Positions 35,343-37,060 of a stretch of DNA of 37,060 nt are shown in pieces. The translations under genes and the position numbers were made by a program. This DNA is from Ionaspis alba. Taxonomy: Eukaryota. The stretch lies in the NCBI GenBank assembly GCA_964255285.1, contig CAXUUL010000076.1:1-37060 (forward strand). The letters are read 5' to 3'. The first letter of the stretch is position 1, and each line of letters begins with the position of its first letter. A model generated the notes under the pieces. It ran no database searches, was not told the origin of the DNA, and was given only the letters and a program-made list of their open reading frames with translations.

Positions 35343-36664
35343 ATGCCGGACACGCCAGTGCCTGGCGGGAAGAATAGCGGCTCCACGCCGGGGTGGAAGG
35401 AGAAGGGTAATGAGATCACAGTAGGCCGTACACCGCCCTCTCATCCAGCAGCAGGACACCAGGAGAATCGTCAACCTCNNNNNNNNNNNNNNNNNNNNNN
35501 NNNNNNNNNNNNNNNNNNNNNNNNNNNNNNNNNNNNNNNNNNNNNNNNNNNNNNNNNNNNNNNNNNNNNNNNNNNNNNGGCCGTACACCGCCCTCTCATC
35601 CAGCAGCAGGACACCAGGAGAATCGTCAACCTCCCCGTCCTTCTCTCATCACTTCTGCCATCCACTCCTGCCCTCTACCGTTGCTGCGTGCGAAGAACAA
35701 CAATGTGCAGGCCAAAGACCCTAGCAACGCAACCATAAGCACGCTTCCAACTGGCCCCAGCATCGCCCAACGACGATCCACCACGCAAGCCACCTCCCAA
35801 GTCGTTGCCCCTCCCGCCGCCGTTTTCTATCAGCACCAACCAGAGCCGTCTCCCACCCTCTCCGACTACCCTTCAAGCCTTCCGATCAACATTCCCCCAC
35901 GACAAGAAAAAATCTCGAGACCGTCCACTCCGTTGACCGGCCGCTTCGACCACGGCGCTCACTTCCCTCCGTCCTTTGGCAAAACACCCAAGAAACCTCA
36001 AATCAGCCAGAGTCTACGACCCACCTACCTCAACTCCGCAGCCGTCGATAGAGCAGGCTCTCGCATGAGTCCTCCTCGCACCTCACGCACCATGCGCCCC
36101 GACCAAACATCCCCTCTCTACACACCTTCCTCTCCACTCTCACCCACCACCGCAAACGCTCCCAGCAGCTCCCAGCGCCGACCAGACCCATACCTCCACA
36201 TGCCGTCCCTTCCACGATTCCACCCCGCGGTCTACCAATCACCCAATTCCAGCAACCTCAACTCCCCCAGCCGAAATCGCACACCAACATCACTTACCCG
36301 ACCACCTCGCTCGCCACAACTTCACCACCGTCAATTCTCTGACGCCAAGCAGAGAGTCCACACCCACCAGCGCGAACTCATCACCAACGCCACTCGCGCT
36401 GCTGCCAACATCAATATTTCGCCGGTACGGAGAGAGACACCCAAAGCGCCCGCGCTGGCTCCTTGCGGGAGTCCAGGACCTGCTACACCGTTGATGCTGG
36501 AGGAACCGGGTGACTATCTCACCGTCGGCGCAGGCGGACAATTCGGAGAAGGCTCGCCGCGAGAGCTGGTCGACAAGTTGATCCAGCATGAGAACGAGCG
36601 AAGCAACGGCCTACACTCGGGACCTGGCTCGCCGGCGATGAGTCCCGCCGGAGGACGTGGTTAG
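35343..36664 (+). CDS. Pro/Ser-rich fungal hypothetical protein (388 aa after collapsing the gap)
   Basis: Merging the 55-bp duplication puts ATG 35343 in frame with the 35681-36664 ORF. Conserved-looking blocks SLPRFHPAVY, HRQFSDA and LAPCGSPGPATPLMLEE..DYL. Confidence 0.75.
35424..35633. other. 100-N scaffold gap (35479-35578) flanked by an exact 55-bp direct duplication
   Basis: 35424-35478 is identical to 35579-35633. Confidence 0.95.
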
Positions 36665-37060
36665 GAAATTTTTCCAGAGGCACACTACAGCTATGTTGAT
36701 TCCACGGAACACATATTGACTACTCGATGGCGCACAAAAGTACATAACTCTTACGGCCTACCAAACTATACCCAGGATCATTCCCCTGCTTCTTTCATTG
36801 GCGCAAACACGGTTCATAGACTTTCCTTTTCGTGGCTTCTGTCACTCGCGGGTTATCATTTTCACTGAGAGAGAGGAACCTACGCGCTTGCGACACCCAC
36901 CAACATTCTATCACAGCATTGAATATGCGACTGGGCATAGAGACGGTCGCTCTGATCCGAACAATCCACTACTTCTTCGTCTCTTCGACCAGAACCGTGG
37001 CAAGTTTTCTCGAAATGGGGAAATGGCCTCGGATCACTGTCACACGAGGTCCTTAGGTTC

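Noticed and set aside
20502..35633. 55-bp direct repeats as transposon target-site duplications or CRISPR-like repeats
   Set aside because: The two pairs are unrelated in sequence, abut 100-N gaps, and collapse into intact reading frames.

Overview
Gene-dense, intron-containing DNA from a filamentous ascomycete (Pezizomycotina; Eurotiomycete-like by my impression only). I can support about 16 protein-coding loci. In order: PMT4-type O-mannosyltransferase (5'-truncated), ATP synthase subunit e, dynein intermediate chain, glutathione peroxidase, a disrupted cytochrome P450, a FAM32A/DUF1754 protein, an Hcs1/IGHMBP2 helicase, a His-rich SAM methyltransferase, a fungal hypothetical protein, endonuclease III (Nth1), two orphan coiled-coil genes, an SREBP-type bHLH factor, a Ppo dioxygenase-P450 fusion with 10R-DOX signature, a divergent DUF2235/Tle1-like hydrolase and a Pro/Ser-rich protein. 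No RNA gene, transposon or CRISPR array was recognised. The best candidate for an undescribed system is the bHLH / 10R-DOX-P450 / Tle1-like hydrolase trio (22961-34261), a possible oxylipin release and oxygenation module; this is inference from adjacency. Both 100-N gaps are flanked by exact 55-bp duplications, and collapsing them restores open reading frames. Exon boundaries were read by eye from splice signals and protein motifs, without database searches.
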